Source of the DNA: an uncultured Nitrososphaeraceae archaeon
Lineage (GTDB): Archaea; Thermoproteota; Nitrososphaeria; Nitrososphaerales; Nitrososphaeraceae
Assembly: GCA_963825865.1 (NCBI GenBank)
Contig: CAWGVG010000029.1
Span: forward strand, 32,001-96,000
Direction: 5' to 3'
DNA length: 64,000 bases
Translations under genes and position numbers: made by a program
In this document: piece by piece, positions 31,628-44,075 of the stretch
Layout of the letters: the number at the start of each line of letters is the position of its first letter
How positions within the stretch are numbered: the stretch's first letter is position 1
The notes under the pieces: model-generated
Seen by the model: the letters and a program-made list of their open reading frames with translations, nothing else
Told to the model about the DNA's origin: nothing
Database searches by the model: none

Positions 31628-33557
31628 ATGCAACGTAAACCGCCATATCATGAATCCACAAGCCAAAATATTATGGCAATAATACTGAATAGTCTTCCTA
31701 GTGAATCAGGACTTACCAAAGTGGAATATGAAGGTCCGCGTATTGCTCTTTATTCTAAAAATCCGAGCTATCTCATACAGAATACTCAAATCGTTTCTAA
31801 TATGGTCAATACAATAAAGAAAAGAATTGTTGTTCGTACTGACGAATCAATACGAAAATCAGAAGAGGAATCGATTGAAATTCTAAACAAGACTATCCCA
31901 AAAGACATTGGAATAACTGAAACCTTCTTTGACCAAGCATTAGGTGAGGCTGTAATATTTGTTGAAAAGCCTTCATTGCTTACAAATATAAGTGAAGATT
32001 TTGAAAATGTTGATCTTCTTGAAAAAACAGGCTGGAAAATCAGAATTACAAAGGCTCCTCAAACAATGCCTACAATTAAGAATATTAATAAAATTCTTTG
32101 TAATTCTATAAATGAACGAATTCGTTTCTACAAAGAAGTTGGCGAGAAAATTTTTAGATCGAAACTAAATGAAATAACAGAAGCGAGCTTAATTACGCTA
32201 GGCGGTTTTGCTGAAGTAGGTCGGTCTTCGATGCTACTATCTACGCATGAAAGCAAAATTTTACTTGATTGTGGGATCAATATATCAGGTAAAGATTCAC
32301 TAAACACTTTACCAAGATTTGATATTACGGGACTTGAAATTAATGATATTGATGCAATAGTCTTAAGCCATGCTCATCTTGATCATACGGGTTTTTTACC
32401 TGCTCTATTCAAGTATGGATATAGAGGACCAGTATACTGCTCAGAGCCAACATTACCACTCATGAATTTGTTGCAGAAAGAATATGTTAAGAATACTAGC
32501 GGTACAGCACTATATTCTGATAAAGATATAGAGGAGGCAATAATACATACAATTCCTCTAACCTTTGGGATTGTTACCGATATTTCTCCAGACGTGAAAC
32601 TTGTGCTTAGCAATTCTGGTCACATTTTAGGCTCTGCATCAATTCATTTACATATTGGTAACGGCGATCACAATGTTGTTTATACTGGAGATATGAAATT
32701 TGGAAGAATGTTTTCACTTGAAAATGCTTCTTGGAACTTTCCAAGAGTTGAGACAATGATCATTGAAAGTACTAATGGTGGTAAAGAAGACATTTTTCCA
32801 CAACGTGAAGAGGCAGATAAGCGTCTTATTGATAGCATAAACAAAACAGCTGCCAGAAAATGGAAAGGTCTTAATTCCAGTACCCACAGTTGGGTTATCC
32901 CAAGAACTTATTTTATCTATTAATATGTATATGAAAACTGGTAAAATTATTGAAACAAAAGTATTGGTCGAGAAGATTATTTCTAATGCCAGCTCAATAC
33001 ATGAAACTTATCCTCAATATCTTTCAAAAGAATTAAAATATATGATACTTCACGATGAAGAAAATCCATTCCGATCGAAACAATTTGTAATTATTGAATC
33101 TCAATCTCTTGAGAGAGAAGAACCTGCAATAATTCTGGCTCCTTCTTCAATGTTAATAGGTGGACCATCAGTAGAATATCTGAAACAGATCTCTGAAGAT
33201 CCAAAAAACACATTAGTTTTAACGTCATTTCAGGCAACAGGAACGCCTGGAAAAAATATTCAGGATGGAAGCCGGGAAGTATTGATTAATGGTCATACTA
33301 TAAAAATCAATTGTCGAGTTGAGAAGATCGAAGGATTCAGTACTCATAGTGATTATAATCAATTAGTGGCATATATAAACAGACTAAGGCCAAAACTCCG
33401 ACGAGTATTGGTTAACCATGGAGAGCGAACCAAAGTACAGAACTTAGCAAGCTCACTCAACAGAATGTTCAAAATACAAACGCAGACACCCCTTGGTACA
33501 AGAGGCCATAAAATTACTCTAAATTTTTCTCTTGTCATAACCAATATAGCAATATAA
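31628..33557 (+). CDS. aCPSF1-like KH / beta-CASP ribonuclease, frameshifted
   Basis: VEYEGP KH region, LGGFAEVGRS, SHAHLDH, GHILGS, YTGD, FSTHSD, VNHGE split over ORFs. Confidence 0.9.
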
Positions 33558-33665
33558 ATACAACAATTTCAATGAGGGTTATTACCCAATATCAAAAAAT
33601 TAACTTCCGCTCATATTATTACTTATCATTCTTGGAAGTTACTGCAAAAGAGATAGTAAGAAAAA

Positions 33666-33950
33666 TTATTTCAAATCATAATCTCCACGCCAGATTTTGA
33701 CACTTGGAGGTGTCACTACAACGCGTTCCTCGCCCAACCTGGCAATATCGCCACCATTGGACTGAACATAGCTGTAAAGTTCTTCTATCACCTTGCGAAG
33801 CTCTTCAACATCTTTTTGTGCTAATGGAGTAACCCGTAAAATGAGAATCATGTCATTTTTGGTGTCGTCCTTGAGACTAGATATATCACTGATGTCTCGA
33901 AGGGTTATTGCTTTCAAATAGATTGGTGTCTTTTCCATTTTCACATCCAT
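33666..33950 (-). CDS. sepF: Cell division protein SepF (archaeal type)
   Basis: ILILRVTPL...GGDIARLGEERVVVTPPSVKI. Confidence 0.85.
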   Translation of the reverse strand: MDVKMEKTPIYLKAITLRDISDISSLKDDTKNDMILILRVTPLAQKDVEELRKVIEELYSYVQSNGGDIARLGEERVVVTPPSVKIWRGDYDLK

Positions 33951-34866
33951 TTCTCTCTCTATCCTCTCTCTTGTTTAAGTACAGCGAAATTCAGCGTGAT
34001 GATCAAATAGTCATGCTGGTCAAAAGTCATTCACCGACTGGTTGATTTTCTAGATTCATCAGTTAAGTTCTTCGTAATTTGTCAAGATTTATTCTTGTTT
34101 TTAATTACAACTGGAATTTGATTCTTTAGATTATATCTAAAATATATTTCCAACATTTTAATAAATTTACATTATAGTATATGAAATCTCTTCATTTTCT
34201 CGTAAGGGTACCTCAGGTTCTTCGAAAATGCAGAATCTAAAGTTAATGTCCAACATCTGAATTTGATGTAGCGCTCGTTTTTAACTGCTCTGCTACTATA
34301 AGGTCCCCTTTCATTTGATATCGATCAGGTTTTCCGGCGTAACTAGGCCACGTTCTCTGTATCCATAGTATACAGATACTCTGCAGAAGAGATCTTAGGC
34401 CTTTATCTGCCATCATATTTTCTTCCTCAATTATGTAGAACCTCAATTATTTTATTTTCATTGGTCCCGAATACCCTCTCTGTTAACGATAAAGTCTGAA
34501 CTAATGTTTTTCATGTGTTCGTATACATCATGTCTCTATAACTATTATAAGAACTCATTTTAGAGTCACCTTACATTTAAGTTTACTTATATTCCTCACC
34601 AAAATGTACAGTTTTAGCTATGCTCCCAGTTCCGCGGCGACTTTATAACTCCGTTCTCTGACATATTCAAAATCACAAAAAGGAGTCTCAGTAACAGCCG
34701 CTTATATTTCTACTCCATGTTTTGCATCATTTTAAAGATGTTATATACTCCAACTTATACCAGAGCCATTGCCTGACTTTGATCGGCAGACAGTCGTCTT
34801 TTTGCACTTATACGCTTAACATGCAAAACCTTGAGTATAATTGTTTATTTGATTTAATCAATTTAA

Positions 34867-35868
34867 TGCTTTGTTGCATGATTAATTATCTTGTAAGTGA
34901 TACTTATTTGACCACTCACCATTTAGCTTGCTAGTATTAATTATTCTGGTATGGTTGACTGGCCTTGCTATAATGAATCACTAGTTAGGCGTGGTCAAGT
35001 ACTCTTGGATTTTGATGTACTTGATGGATGGGATCATGAATTATGTCAAATGAACCTTGGTAAGGTTGGTGAGCCCTACTGCTACCCAAATTCATTTATT
35101 CAGCTTCTAGGTTACATGAGAGCATATTTCCATCTACCATATAGACAAACACAGGGTGTAGTCATAGCTCATGCAAGTAAAGAAGTATCAAACACACCAC
35201 ATTATAATACCATTAATAGACGTATAAACAGGCTAGAGATTAAAATCGATGAAAAATTAGGAAATGATATTGTCATTGCTTTAGACAGCACCGGCATTAA
35301 GGTAGCTAATCGAGGGGAATGGATGCACCACAAATGGCATGTCAGAAAAGGATATCTAAAGATACACATAGCAGTTGATATCGAGAAGAAAAGAATTGTA
35401 TCTCTGGAGGTAACGAGTGAAGAGGTACATGATGGTAAGATGCTAAAGAAGTTAGTAGACAATGCTTCTGAAAATAATAATCATGTGAAGGGTATATTAG
35501 CAGATGGTATGTACGACAGCAATAAGAATTTTAGATACCTATCAAAGAACCACATTAAGCCTGGTATAAAGACAAGAAGTAATTCCAAGGTCAAGTCAAC
35601 TAACTGTCATGCTAGGAATATGTCTGTAGTAAGACAACAGACAAACCTCAAAAAATGGAAGCGTAGCGTGAGCTATGGGTACAGGTGGATAGCAGAAACA
35701 GCATTCTCTTCCATTAAAAGAACATTTGGTGAACATGTAACAGCTAGAAAGTTTCCTCACATGGTAAAAGAGATCCTCCTAAAGGCAGCTCTGTATAACA
35801 TGTTCAATCGAATGACCTAGCTAACGGTTTGCATAACCTAAAATCCTAATGAATTATGCAACAGAGCA
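34867..35868 (+). mobile_element. IS5 family (IS903-like) element, copy 2, intact 289-aa transposase 34951..35820
   Basis: TIRs TGCTTTGTTGCAT...ATGCAACAGAGCA; TSD CAATTTAA at 34859-34866 and 35869-35876. Confidence 0.96.
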
Positions 35869-35893
35869 CAATTTAAAACAAATATATTTATTG

Positions 35894-36088
35894 ATGAACA
35901 AATCAATTCTATTGATGGCAGTAGAAGGAATTGCAAACTTCGATTCATATGTATGGATTGCCGTAGGACTATTTATCATCGGCCTCTTTGCAATAATGGT
36001 TTATGAGAAGTCAAATTCAAAAACACAACGACATTATCGTCAACAACAACAACAACAGCAGTCAGGAACGTCTTCTGACATTGAATAA
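35894..36088 (+). CDS. Small single-pass membrane protein
   Basis: MNKSILLMAVEG..YVWIAVGLFIIGLFAIMVYEK; directly upstream of lhr. Confidence 0.55.
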   Translation: MNKSILLMAVEGIANFDSYVWIAVGLFIIGLFAIMVYEKSNSKTQRHYRQQQQQQQSGTSSDIE

Positions 36089-38828
36089 TGAAACTGATGC
36101 TAATCATCTAACTATTGCAAAATTTAGAAAAGAAGGCTTTACTTCGCTAACAGCAATTCAAGAGAAAGCATTGCCTGTTATTTCAAGGAAAGTGAACTGC
36201 CTATTAGTCGCTCCAACCGGATCTGGGAAGACAGAAGCAGTAATACTGCCAGTCTTCTCAATATTGTCTAGTATTAAAGGACAGTATGCAGGCAAAATTC
36301 GAGCAATCTATATTACTCCTCTAAGAGCATTGAATAACGATGTACTTAGAAGGATTATCAAATATGCTGAATCTGAAAATCTAAGGGTAGAGATCCGACA
36401 TGGAGACACAACTACTACCGCTAAAAAGAAAATTGTCGAAAATCCTCCGGACGTTTTGATCACCACACCTGAATCCCTTGCAGTAATACTAACAAGTATG
36501 AAAATGCTTGAAGCGTTAAATAGTCTGGAATGGATCGTAGTTGATGAAGTTCATGAACTTGTCTCAAATGAACGCGGTGCACATCTGTCAATTGGTCTTG
36601 AGAGATTACAAGAAGTAAGTTTACAACAAGTTACAAGGATCGGTCTATCAGCAACTTTAGGCAATTTAAATGAGGCGGCCAAATTTATTTCTGGAACTAA
36701 CAGAAAATATGCTGTCATTGTAGACAACTCCATGAGAAAATACGATATTGATGTTAAATTCGTAAAAGGTTCAATTAATAACGTAGCTCACTTTGTGATT
36801 CAATATATAAAATCAAATAGAATTGAAGGCTCTGTCTTGCTATTTACAAATACAAGAGATGAGGCGGAATATATAGGCACCATTTTGAAAAACCAAAATG
36901 AAATCAAAGTGGATGTGCATCATGGATCTTTATCTAAGGACATGCGAGAGGAGACAGAAGGAAGATTAAGAGCAGGTTCAGTAGATATCGTAGTTTGTAC
37001 TTCGTCACTGGAACTCGGTTTAGACATCGGTTCAGTAGAACTTGTAATCCACTACGGTTCGCCAAGACAAGTTTCAAAGTTGATGCAGAGGATCGGCCGG
37101 AGCAGACATATGCATAGAAATTCAGCAAAAGGTTTGATTGTAACAAATAATCCAGATGATGAGATAGAAGCACTAGCAATTATACGAAGAATGAAAAGAT
37201 GTTCAATTGAAGAACAGTTAATGCACAAAGGGGCCTTAGATGTTGTAGCTCATCATTTGGTTGGATTAGCAATGCAAACCAGAAATCCGATTAGACTTGA
37301 AACTGCCTTTGATCTAGTAACAAAGGCATATCCGTTCTCTAGAGTTAGCTTTTATGATATTGAAGGATGTATTAATATTCTTGATAATAACGGCATAATC
37401 AGGTATGACAGGGAAGACAAATCATATCAACGAAGATTAAAGTCATACAAGTATTACTTTGAGAATCTGTCCATGATTCCACATGTTTTAAAGTTTGAAG
37501 TCATAGATTCAATTAATAAACGGAAAATTGGGACGCTAGATCAGCAGTTTGTAGGAGATTATTGTGAGAAAGGAAATGTCTTTGTCTTGAAGGGATCGCA
37601 ATGGAGAGTAATTTCAGTTGATGAAGGCAGAATGCAAGTGAATGTCGAGCCATTACATGGCATTGCAATAAATATTCCATACTGGGTGGGAGAGACGATT
37701 CCCGTGGACTACCAAACTGCAGAGGAAGTGGGTATCATACGTAATCAGGCTGCAAAGAAGGTTATCAAACTTTCCACATCTATTATAGATGATACTCTTA
37801 AATTTCTAAAGGTAATTCCAGATTCAAAAAACATTGTAGCAGAAAGTTCAGTTGCAAGAAATATGGTTGTAATTCACTCAACATTTGGTTCGAAAGTAAA
37901 CAATACTTTAGCATCATTACTATCAGCAATAATATCATCCCAACTAGGTTACATAGTAGAAACAAGATCTGATTCTTATAGAATTATGCTAACTTCAAAT
38001 GCAAGAATAGGAAAAAGCCATATAGAAACCACCTTTAATGACATATATGACTTTGAGTCGGTTATTATTGCATCGCTTACTGGAACTCATAATATTAACT
38101 GGAGAGTTTGGATGGTTGCAAAAAGATTCGGTATGATTAGCAGGGAAGCAATATATGACAAAAAAATAGCTCGCATGATTTACGATAGATATGCAAAGAC
38201 GCCTATTAGCAAAGAATCTATTAGAGAATTAATTCATGATAAATATGATGTTATACAAACACAAAAAGTCTTAAGGAATTTAAAAGATGGCAATATTAAA
38301 CTTCACTGGTTTGAAACTACAGAATTTTCTGACTTATCAAAACCGATTCTTGAACATTCAGCAAAATTCTCTGCAACCCCACTTAGTATCGAAAAAGGGG
38401 TTATAGAACTTATAAAGGAAAGACTAGAAAAAACAAAACACAGATTGATCTGTATTCGATGTGGAAAATGGGAACGAATCATAGAGACAAGGGAAATTAC
38501 AGAAACTGTTTCCTGTCCGACCTGTCGATCTAAATTAATCACAGCAACTTTCTGGTCTGATAATGATTTAGCAAAAACCATTATGAAAAGGCTCACTGGA
38601 AGCAAGCTATCCATAGACGAAAATCACAAATTTGACCGCGCATGGAAAGTAGCATCGCTTGTCAATAATTTTGGTAAGAAAGCACTGATTGTATTAGCTG
38701 GTTATGGAATTGGCGCAGATACTGCAGCGCGTATTCTTCGTAATTACATCGACGATGAAGAGATATTTAGAAGCATTTATGAAGCCGAAAGGCAGTATGT
38801 AACGACCCGTGGGTTTTGGAATGATTGA
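36003..38828 (+). CDS. lhr: Lhr-like SF2 helicase with C-terminal Zn ribbon (true start may be about 36080)
   Basis: APTGSGKT, DEVHE, GLSAT, HHGSLS, LELGLDIG, QRIGRS; CxxC..CPTC. Confidence 0.93.
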   Translation: MRSQIQKHNDIIVNNNNNSSQERLLTLNNETDANHLTIAKFRKEGFTSLTAIQEKALPVISRKVNCLLVAPTGSGKTEAVILPVFSILSSIKGQYAGKIRAIYITPLRALNNDVLRRIIKYAESENLRVEIRHGDTTTTAKKKIVENPPDVLITTPESLAVILTSMKMLEALNSLEWIVVDEVHELVSNERGAHLSIGLERLQEVSLQQVTRIGLSATLGNLNEAAKFISGTNRKYAVIVDNSMRKYDIDVKFVKGSINNVAHFVIQYIKSNRIEGSVLLFTNTRDEAEYIGTILKNQNEIKVDVHHGSLSKDMREETEGRLRAGSVDIVVCTSSLELGLDIGSVELVIHYGSPRQVSKLMQRIGRSRHMHRNSAKGLIVTNNPDDEIEALAIIRRMKRCSIEEQLMHKGALDVVAHHLVGLAMQTRNPIRLETAFDLVTKAYPFSRVSFYDIEGCINILDNNGIIRYDREDKSYQRRLKSYKYYFENLSMIPHVLKFEVIDSINKRKIGTLDQQFVGDYCEKGNVFVLKGSQWRVISVDEGRMQVNVEPLHGIAINIPYWVGETIPVDYQTAEEVGIIRNQAAKKVIKLSTSIIDDTLKFLKVIPDSKNIVAESSVARNMVVIHSTFGSKVNNTLASLLSAIISSQLGYIVETRSDSYRIMLTSNARIGKSHIETTFNDIYDFESVIIASLTGTHNINWRVWMVAKRFGMISREAIYDKKIARMIYDRYAKTPISKESIRELIHDKYDVIQTQKVLRNLKDGNIKLHWFETTEFSDLSKPILEHSAKFSATPLSIEKGVIELIKERLEKTKHRLICIRCGKWERIIETREITETVSCPTCRSKLITATFWSDNDLAKTIMKRLTGSKLSIDENHKFDRAWKVASLVNNFGKKALIVLAGYGIGADTAARILRNYIDDEEIFRSIYEAERQYVTTRGFWND

Positions 38829-39141
38829 TTCATGGAATGACCATAGGAACCAAGTAATTATCCAGAGTTTTCAATATACTGAGCTGTTTTTAAGGACGTA
38901 CGTTATCAGAGTTTTTAACATTAATTTACTTGTTGCAAGGCATGTAAGACATTAGACCGTCCTGAGATATATAAGAAGAGTTATTATTTAATTATAAAAA
39001 GCTCTGATTTGGTTAAGTTTTTTCTTAACAATTGTTATTCATGCCTAGTAAAAAATCGGCCTGTTTTCGCTCTAGTAAAGGCTATGTTGCTCAAAGTCAA
39101 ATCAAACTGATAATTTTTTAAGTTCTTTAGATAAATATTAT

Positions 39142-40719
39142 TTGATGACATTATATGAGAATGAAAATACTCTCCACAGATTCATAACGTCAAAAGGAGA
39201 GGAGGCCTTTCATGACAGATATGAAGAGGCAATCGAAAATATCAAATCAGAATTTGGTAGAAGATATACCATGATTATTGGTGGTAAAAATGTCAAAGCA
39301 TCAGAAAGTTTTGTTCATACTTCTCCTATAGATACCCGGATAGTACTTGCATATTTTCCAAGTGGCACGGCTAAACATGCACATCAGGCAATCAAGGCTG
39401 GCAAGAAAGCATTTGAAAGTTGGGGTAAAACTGATTACAAGGAACGTGTAGAATTTTGCAGAATAGTTATCGATATCATGAACAGACGTAAGTTTGAGTT
39501 AGCAGCATGGCTTTCTTATGGAAATGGTAAGAATAGATACGAAGCGATATGTGATATCGATGAGGCTGTCGATTTTATTAGATATTATTCTAAAGAGATG
39601 GAAAAGAATAATGGCTTTATAATTCAAACTAAAAGTCCACATCCCAATGAAAAAAACAAGAGTGTAATGAAACCATATGGGGTCTGGGGAGTAATTGCTC
39701 CATTCAATTTCCCTGCAGCGATTTTAGTTGGAATGAGTATTGGAGCTTTGATTACGGGTAATACTATAGTCTTGAAACCTGCCAGCGACGCTCCAATCAT
39801 AGGGTATAAATTTGCTGAAATTATGAAAGAAGCAGGATTGCCTGACGGCGTTTTGAACTTTGTAACCGGTTCTGGAAATAAAATTGGTAGGACAATAGTT
39901 AATAGCGAAGATGTTGCAGGGATTGTATTTACTGGATCTAGAAAAATAGGCCACAGAATGACAAAAGAATTTAGTAAAGTTAAGCTACGACACGTAATTG
40001 CAGAGCTGGGAGGCAAAAATCCTGCAATAGTTACAGAAAACGCAGATATTGATAAAGCCGTTGAAGGAATATTTAAAGCAGCATTTGGTTATTCAGGACA
40101 AAAATGTAGCGCATGTTCCCGAGTATATATACAAAAAAGTATAAAAAACAAATTTGTTGAAAGACTTGTGGAGAGGACCAAAAATCTATCTGTAGAGAAT
40201 CCACTTGAATCTAATACTTTTATAGGTCCTCTAATTAATTCAAAAGCTTATAAGAATTATCAAAAATATGCCAAACTAGCGTATAGAGATGGCAATATAT
40301 TGCTAGGTGGTAGTGTTAAAAGAGACGGTGATTTCAAGTATGGGTACTATGCGGAACCAATAATTATAGATGGACTGGCTAAAAATCATAGATTATTTAG
40401 GGAAGAATTATTTGTCCCAATTCTTTGTATAGCGGATTATGATAAATTCGATGAGGCTATTAAACTCTGTAATGATTCGGAGTATGGGCTCACAGCAGGA
40501 ATTTATAGTAATAAAAAAGAAGAGGTTGACAGGTTCCTTGACAATATTGAGTGCGGAGTAGTATATGTTAATAGATATATCAGTGCTACGACTGGAGCTA
40601 TGGTAGGATGCCAGTCATTTGGTGGTTGGAAAGGATCGGGTACAACAGGCAAAGGAACTGGAGGGCCATATTATCTGACACAATTTATGCGAGAGCAAAG
40701 CCAAACCATCGTTGAATGA
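39142..40719 (+). CDS. Aldehyde dehydrogenase, 1-pyrroline-5-carboxylate dehydrogenase-like
   Basis: PFNFP, FTGS, ELGGKN, GQKCSACSR, EELF, GAMVGCQSFGG. Confidence 0.88.
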   Translation: MMTLYENENTLHRFITSKGEEAFHDRYEEAIENIKSEFGRRYTMIIGGKNVKASESFVHTSPIDTRIVLAYFPSGTAKHAHQAIKAGKKAFESWGKTDYKERVEFCRIVIDIMNRRKFELAAWLSYGNGKNRYEAICDIDEAVDFIRYYSKEMEKNNGFIIQTKSPHPNEKNKSVMKPYGVWGVIAPFNFPAAILVGMSIGALITGNTIVLKPASDAPIIGYKFAEIMKEAGLPDGVLNFVTGSGNKIGRTIVNSEDVAGIVFTGSRKIGHRMTKEFSKVKLRHVIAELGGKNPAIVTENADIDKAVEGIFKAAFGYSGQKCSACSRVYIQKSIKNKFVERLVERTKNLSVENPLESNTFIGPLINSKAYKNYQKYAKLAYRDGNILLGGSVKRDGDFKYGYYAEPIIIDGLAKNHRLFREELFVPILCIADYDKFDEAIKLCNDSEYGLTAGIYSNKKEEVDRFLDNIECGVVYVNRYISATTGAMVGCQSFGGWKGSGTTGKGTGGPYYLTQFMREQSQTIVE

Positions 40720-40989
40720 ATTAGTTACTAATTCTAGTTCATTAAAGTTTTATTGATGATATATACATAATTAAATACTCTGACCACCTGAATAGTTGCT
40801 GGAACAATTAAAGGAAGAGCCGATTGATCAAAATATCTAAAGAAGTGGCTTTCATTGAAGATTTTAATAGTGCTTTTGCATCAACCAGAACAATAGTTGG
40901 TAAAAATCTCGAGAAACATCATCTTAGCTAAAGAGACAAAGGTCTTTTAAAATAGATGATGCTAGTAACTATTAGAAATATCATAGAAA

Positions 40990-41265
40990 ATGACTTGGTT
41001 CAAAGATAGTAACGGACACATTTTAGAATCTAAAAACAGGATGCATAGGCTGTTGTATTGTCCACTATGTCAAAAACTAATATTCAAAGCAAACTGTCAA
41101 AAATTAAGGCAAGACAAACGGGGAAATCTCTATAAAGTCAAACGTTATCATTATGATAAATTATCCAAGCTAGAACGTGCAGAAATTAAAGAACAAAGAG
41201 AAGGAAAAAGATTGCAGGAATTACCCAGTATTGAATTGAGCAAAATAATAAGGCATATTCTTTAA
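40990..41265 (+). CDS. Hypothetical protein (CPLC motif)
   Basis: 91-aa ORF with ATG and plausible composition. Confidence 0.5.
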   Translation: MTWFKDSNGHILESKNRMHRLLYCPLCQKLIFKANCQKLRQDKRGNLYKVKRYHYDKLSKLERAEIKEQREGKRLQELPSIELSKIIRHIL

Positions 41266-41502
41266 AGCACATCTGTCTGTCTTTCTATCTATATCTATTT
41301 TCTTACACAATAAGTATGAATAGGGTGGATAAAAGTTCTAGAATTACGAGTTATTGCGACTTTTTATCGATTCTTGCAATTGATGTGGTATAGACCTTTC
41401 TATCTAAGTCAGTTAAAATAGACTACATCAGTATAATAATGGAACTACAGTTAACACTATTGTCATTCTACTATTATGATTTATGGGGAATGGGCAAATT
41501 AT

Positions 41503-42208
41503 TTACGCGTTTATTATTGACCTTGCGGTTTTAAAAATATTGATCCACATTTGCCATGTTAATTTGCCTGTGTTCGTATTCTGTTTACTTGGATGATAAG
41601 AAGCCAGAAGAGTTTTGCCACTTCCAATACTATAACAAGCGCCATGATAAAATACCAATCCGTTCAAATTACTTGTCATACAGAATGTATTAAAAGCAAT
41701 TTTTCCAAGCGTTAGAATGACTTTTGCCGTTTTATATAAAATTTTTAATTCTGCCACGAGATATTGCGAACAGTTTAATATTTCCAATAGGCTTGGCTTG
41801 TTAACAGGTGGAGCACATCTTAGAACAGTAGTAATGTATGCATCTTTCAATACGAATCTATCATTCCTTGACTGGCTTGTAGGCATATTTGCAAACCCAG
41901 TTTCAAACATTGCTTTTGCAACCCAATCTTAGGAGCTGTCTCCTGTAAACATTCTACCTGTCCTATTACCACCATGATGCAGCAGGTGCTAATCCAATAA
42001 TCAATAATTTAGCCTTTCCATCTCCAAAGCTTGGGAGAGGTTTTGCCCAATAAACTTCATCTATGAATCTACTTACCTTGATCTGCCCAACTTGCTTAAT
42101 GTAACTCGATAAACGGGGACACAAAGTACATTTAATCACTTTTTTATTGAGTTTATGCAGCAAATGTTCTGCGGCGCAATTCATTAAGGTATGATAAGTA
42201 GCAGACAT
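41503..42208 (-). CDS. Uracil-DNA glycosylase family 5 (UdgB), frameshifted
   Basis: CTLCPRL (Fe-S), GLAPAA, RCAPPVNKP, SYHPSKQNTNTGKLT. Confidence 0.88.
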
Positions 42209-42878
42209 CAATATGAAGTATATTAATATTTGCAATAGATATACTGTCAAACTAATGGTTGGTCCAAATACGAAAAAGGAGAAAAATTAATTTGTAAAGC
42301 CTTAGATAAATAAGTGATGTTGTAATTCTTTATCGTTAACATCGAAAGTAGACGAATAAGAAATTTAGGTAGATGAGGATGAATCGAATGCTAATGGAAA
42401 AAGTTTCAATAAAAAAGCAAAGGAACAGGGATTTAGAAATTGGTGAGCTGGAATTTAAAGAAGTAAAACGTGAAAAGAAAAACGACAAATACGAAGGAGG
42501 AAAAAAGAAGGTATAAGACATCATTACCATGATTGATAGTGGTAATCCTTGAGATGGATTTATTATGGTACCAAATGTAAATGAATTTGCGAATTAGAAA
42601 TAAGAAAATCTTTTTATTTTCCTCTTTAACGTTAGGTTTTACGGTTGTCTAATATACAGAATATTATTCCCAGTAGCTATAAGCAGTTAACTTGTAATGC
42701 CGGCTCTGTTGTGATCAGTAATAAACATATACAGAAATTAATAAGAGTTAGAAAAAAATCTGGAATAATGCAATGTGCTGCTATGATACCACAAACAACG
42801 CCGATATCAACAATTCCAGTTTCAGAATTTGAAGGAAAAAAGGCACTGAATAACTTAATTTTAGGTGGCATACAATAG

Positions 42879-43699
42879 ATGCTTCCTATAGAGCAAGCTC
42901 TTGCATGGCTTTCTTTTATGGTGGTCATGACTATTTTTGCGTACAGGACACGGATAATTGATAGATACGGCGCAATAGCTTGCTTTACCGATAGGTTTTG
43001 TTATATTATATTTTGGCTCACTTTCATGGTTTTTTGTCTTGTTATTATTTTTCGTAATAGCGTCTCTATTTACTAAATACAAATACAAACAAAAGCGGAA
43101 AATGGAACTAGCTGAAGAAAATAATGGTGCACGAGGATGGAAGAGTGTGTTGGCAAATGGAGGCCTGGCGGCAGTACTTGCCATCTTGTATTATTTATCA
43201 CATAACAATCCAGTCTTTATACTATCTTTTATTGGATCACTCAGTTTCGCGTTGTCAGATACTATTGCAACCGAAGTTGGCTTGCTCAGCAAGGCAAAAC
43301 CCCGATCAATATTAACAGGTAAGGAAATTGATACAGGCCAGTCAGGCGGGGTTACTATTCAAGGAGAAATTGCTGCATTGACAGGTTCATTATTGATAGG
43401 AATTATGTGTGGACTATTGATACCAAAAGACATATTATTATACATGCATGTTATACTTCCAGGCAGCTGTTACCGGGGGAATGATATCTACAAATATTGA
43501 CAGTATTTTTGGAGCAACAATTCAAGCAAAATATAGATGTGAAACTTGCAGAAAATACCTAGAAAAGAGGGCAATGCATTGTAATTTTCTTACAGTTCAA
43601 GAAAAGGGAATATCATTGGTGGATAATAATGTGGTTAACCTTCTTAGCGCAATAATAGGAGCAGTTATTTCTGCCAGTTTTATTATCGTTTACCATTGA
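42879..43699 (+). CDS. DUF92/TMEM19 membrane protein, frameshifted
   Basis: GARGWKSVLANG, SDTIATEVG, GQSGGVTIQG, DSIFGATIQ, NNVVN across three ORFs. Confidence 0.85.
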
Positions 43700-43851
43700 A
43701 TTAGTTTTAACCTGTGATAGATATTGTTACTTCAGATTAAATCCTTGCCCTTTATCTTCTACTTTTTAATTGAATTGATAACCGATTATTTTTGGGTATA
43801 TTTGGAACGAGAGGAAGGGTTTAATTCTCTGAAAGGGAAAATTCTCTATAT

Positions 43852-44028
43852 ATGCCTCTGATTTCAGTTTCAATGTATCCCGGAAGAACAAAAGAACAGA
43901 AAGAAGAATTTGCAAAGGCGATGACCAATGCAGCTGTACAAATTTTAAAGACAAAAGCTGAGCATGTAATTATTGTATATGATGAAAAGCCCAAGGAACA
44001 CTGGTTTATTTCAGGCGAATCACTTTAA
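43852..44028 (+). CDS. 4-oxalocrotonate tautomerase family protein (58 aa)
   Basis: Manual translation MPLISVSMYPGRTKEQKEEFAKAMTNAAVQILKTKAEHVIIVYDEKPKEHWFISGESL; catalytic Pro1 and GR motif. Not in the ORF track. Confidence 0.92.
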   Translation: MPLISVSMYPGRTKEQKEEFAKAMTNAAVQILKTKAEHVIIVYDEKPKEHWFISGESL

Positions 44029-44075
44029 TAGCAAACCATTTTATTTATTGATTTGATGAATGCCAGATAGTAAAA

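Noticed and set aside
33995-34050. Possible C/D box sRNA (GTGATGA)
   Set aside because: No convincing CTGA D/D' boxes at the expected spacing.
43766-43954. Minus-strand 62-aa ORF
   Set aside because: Shadow of the tautomerase gene at 43852..44028.
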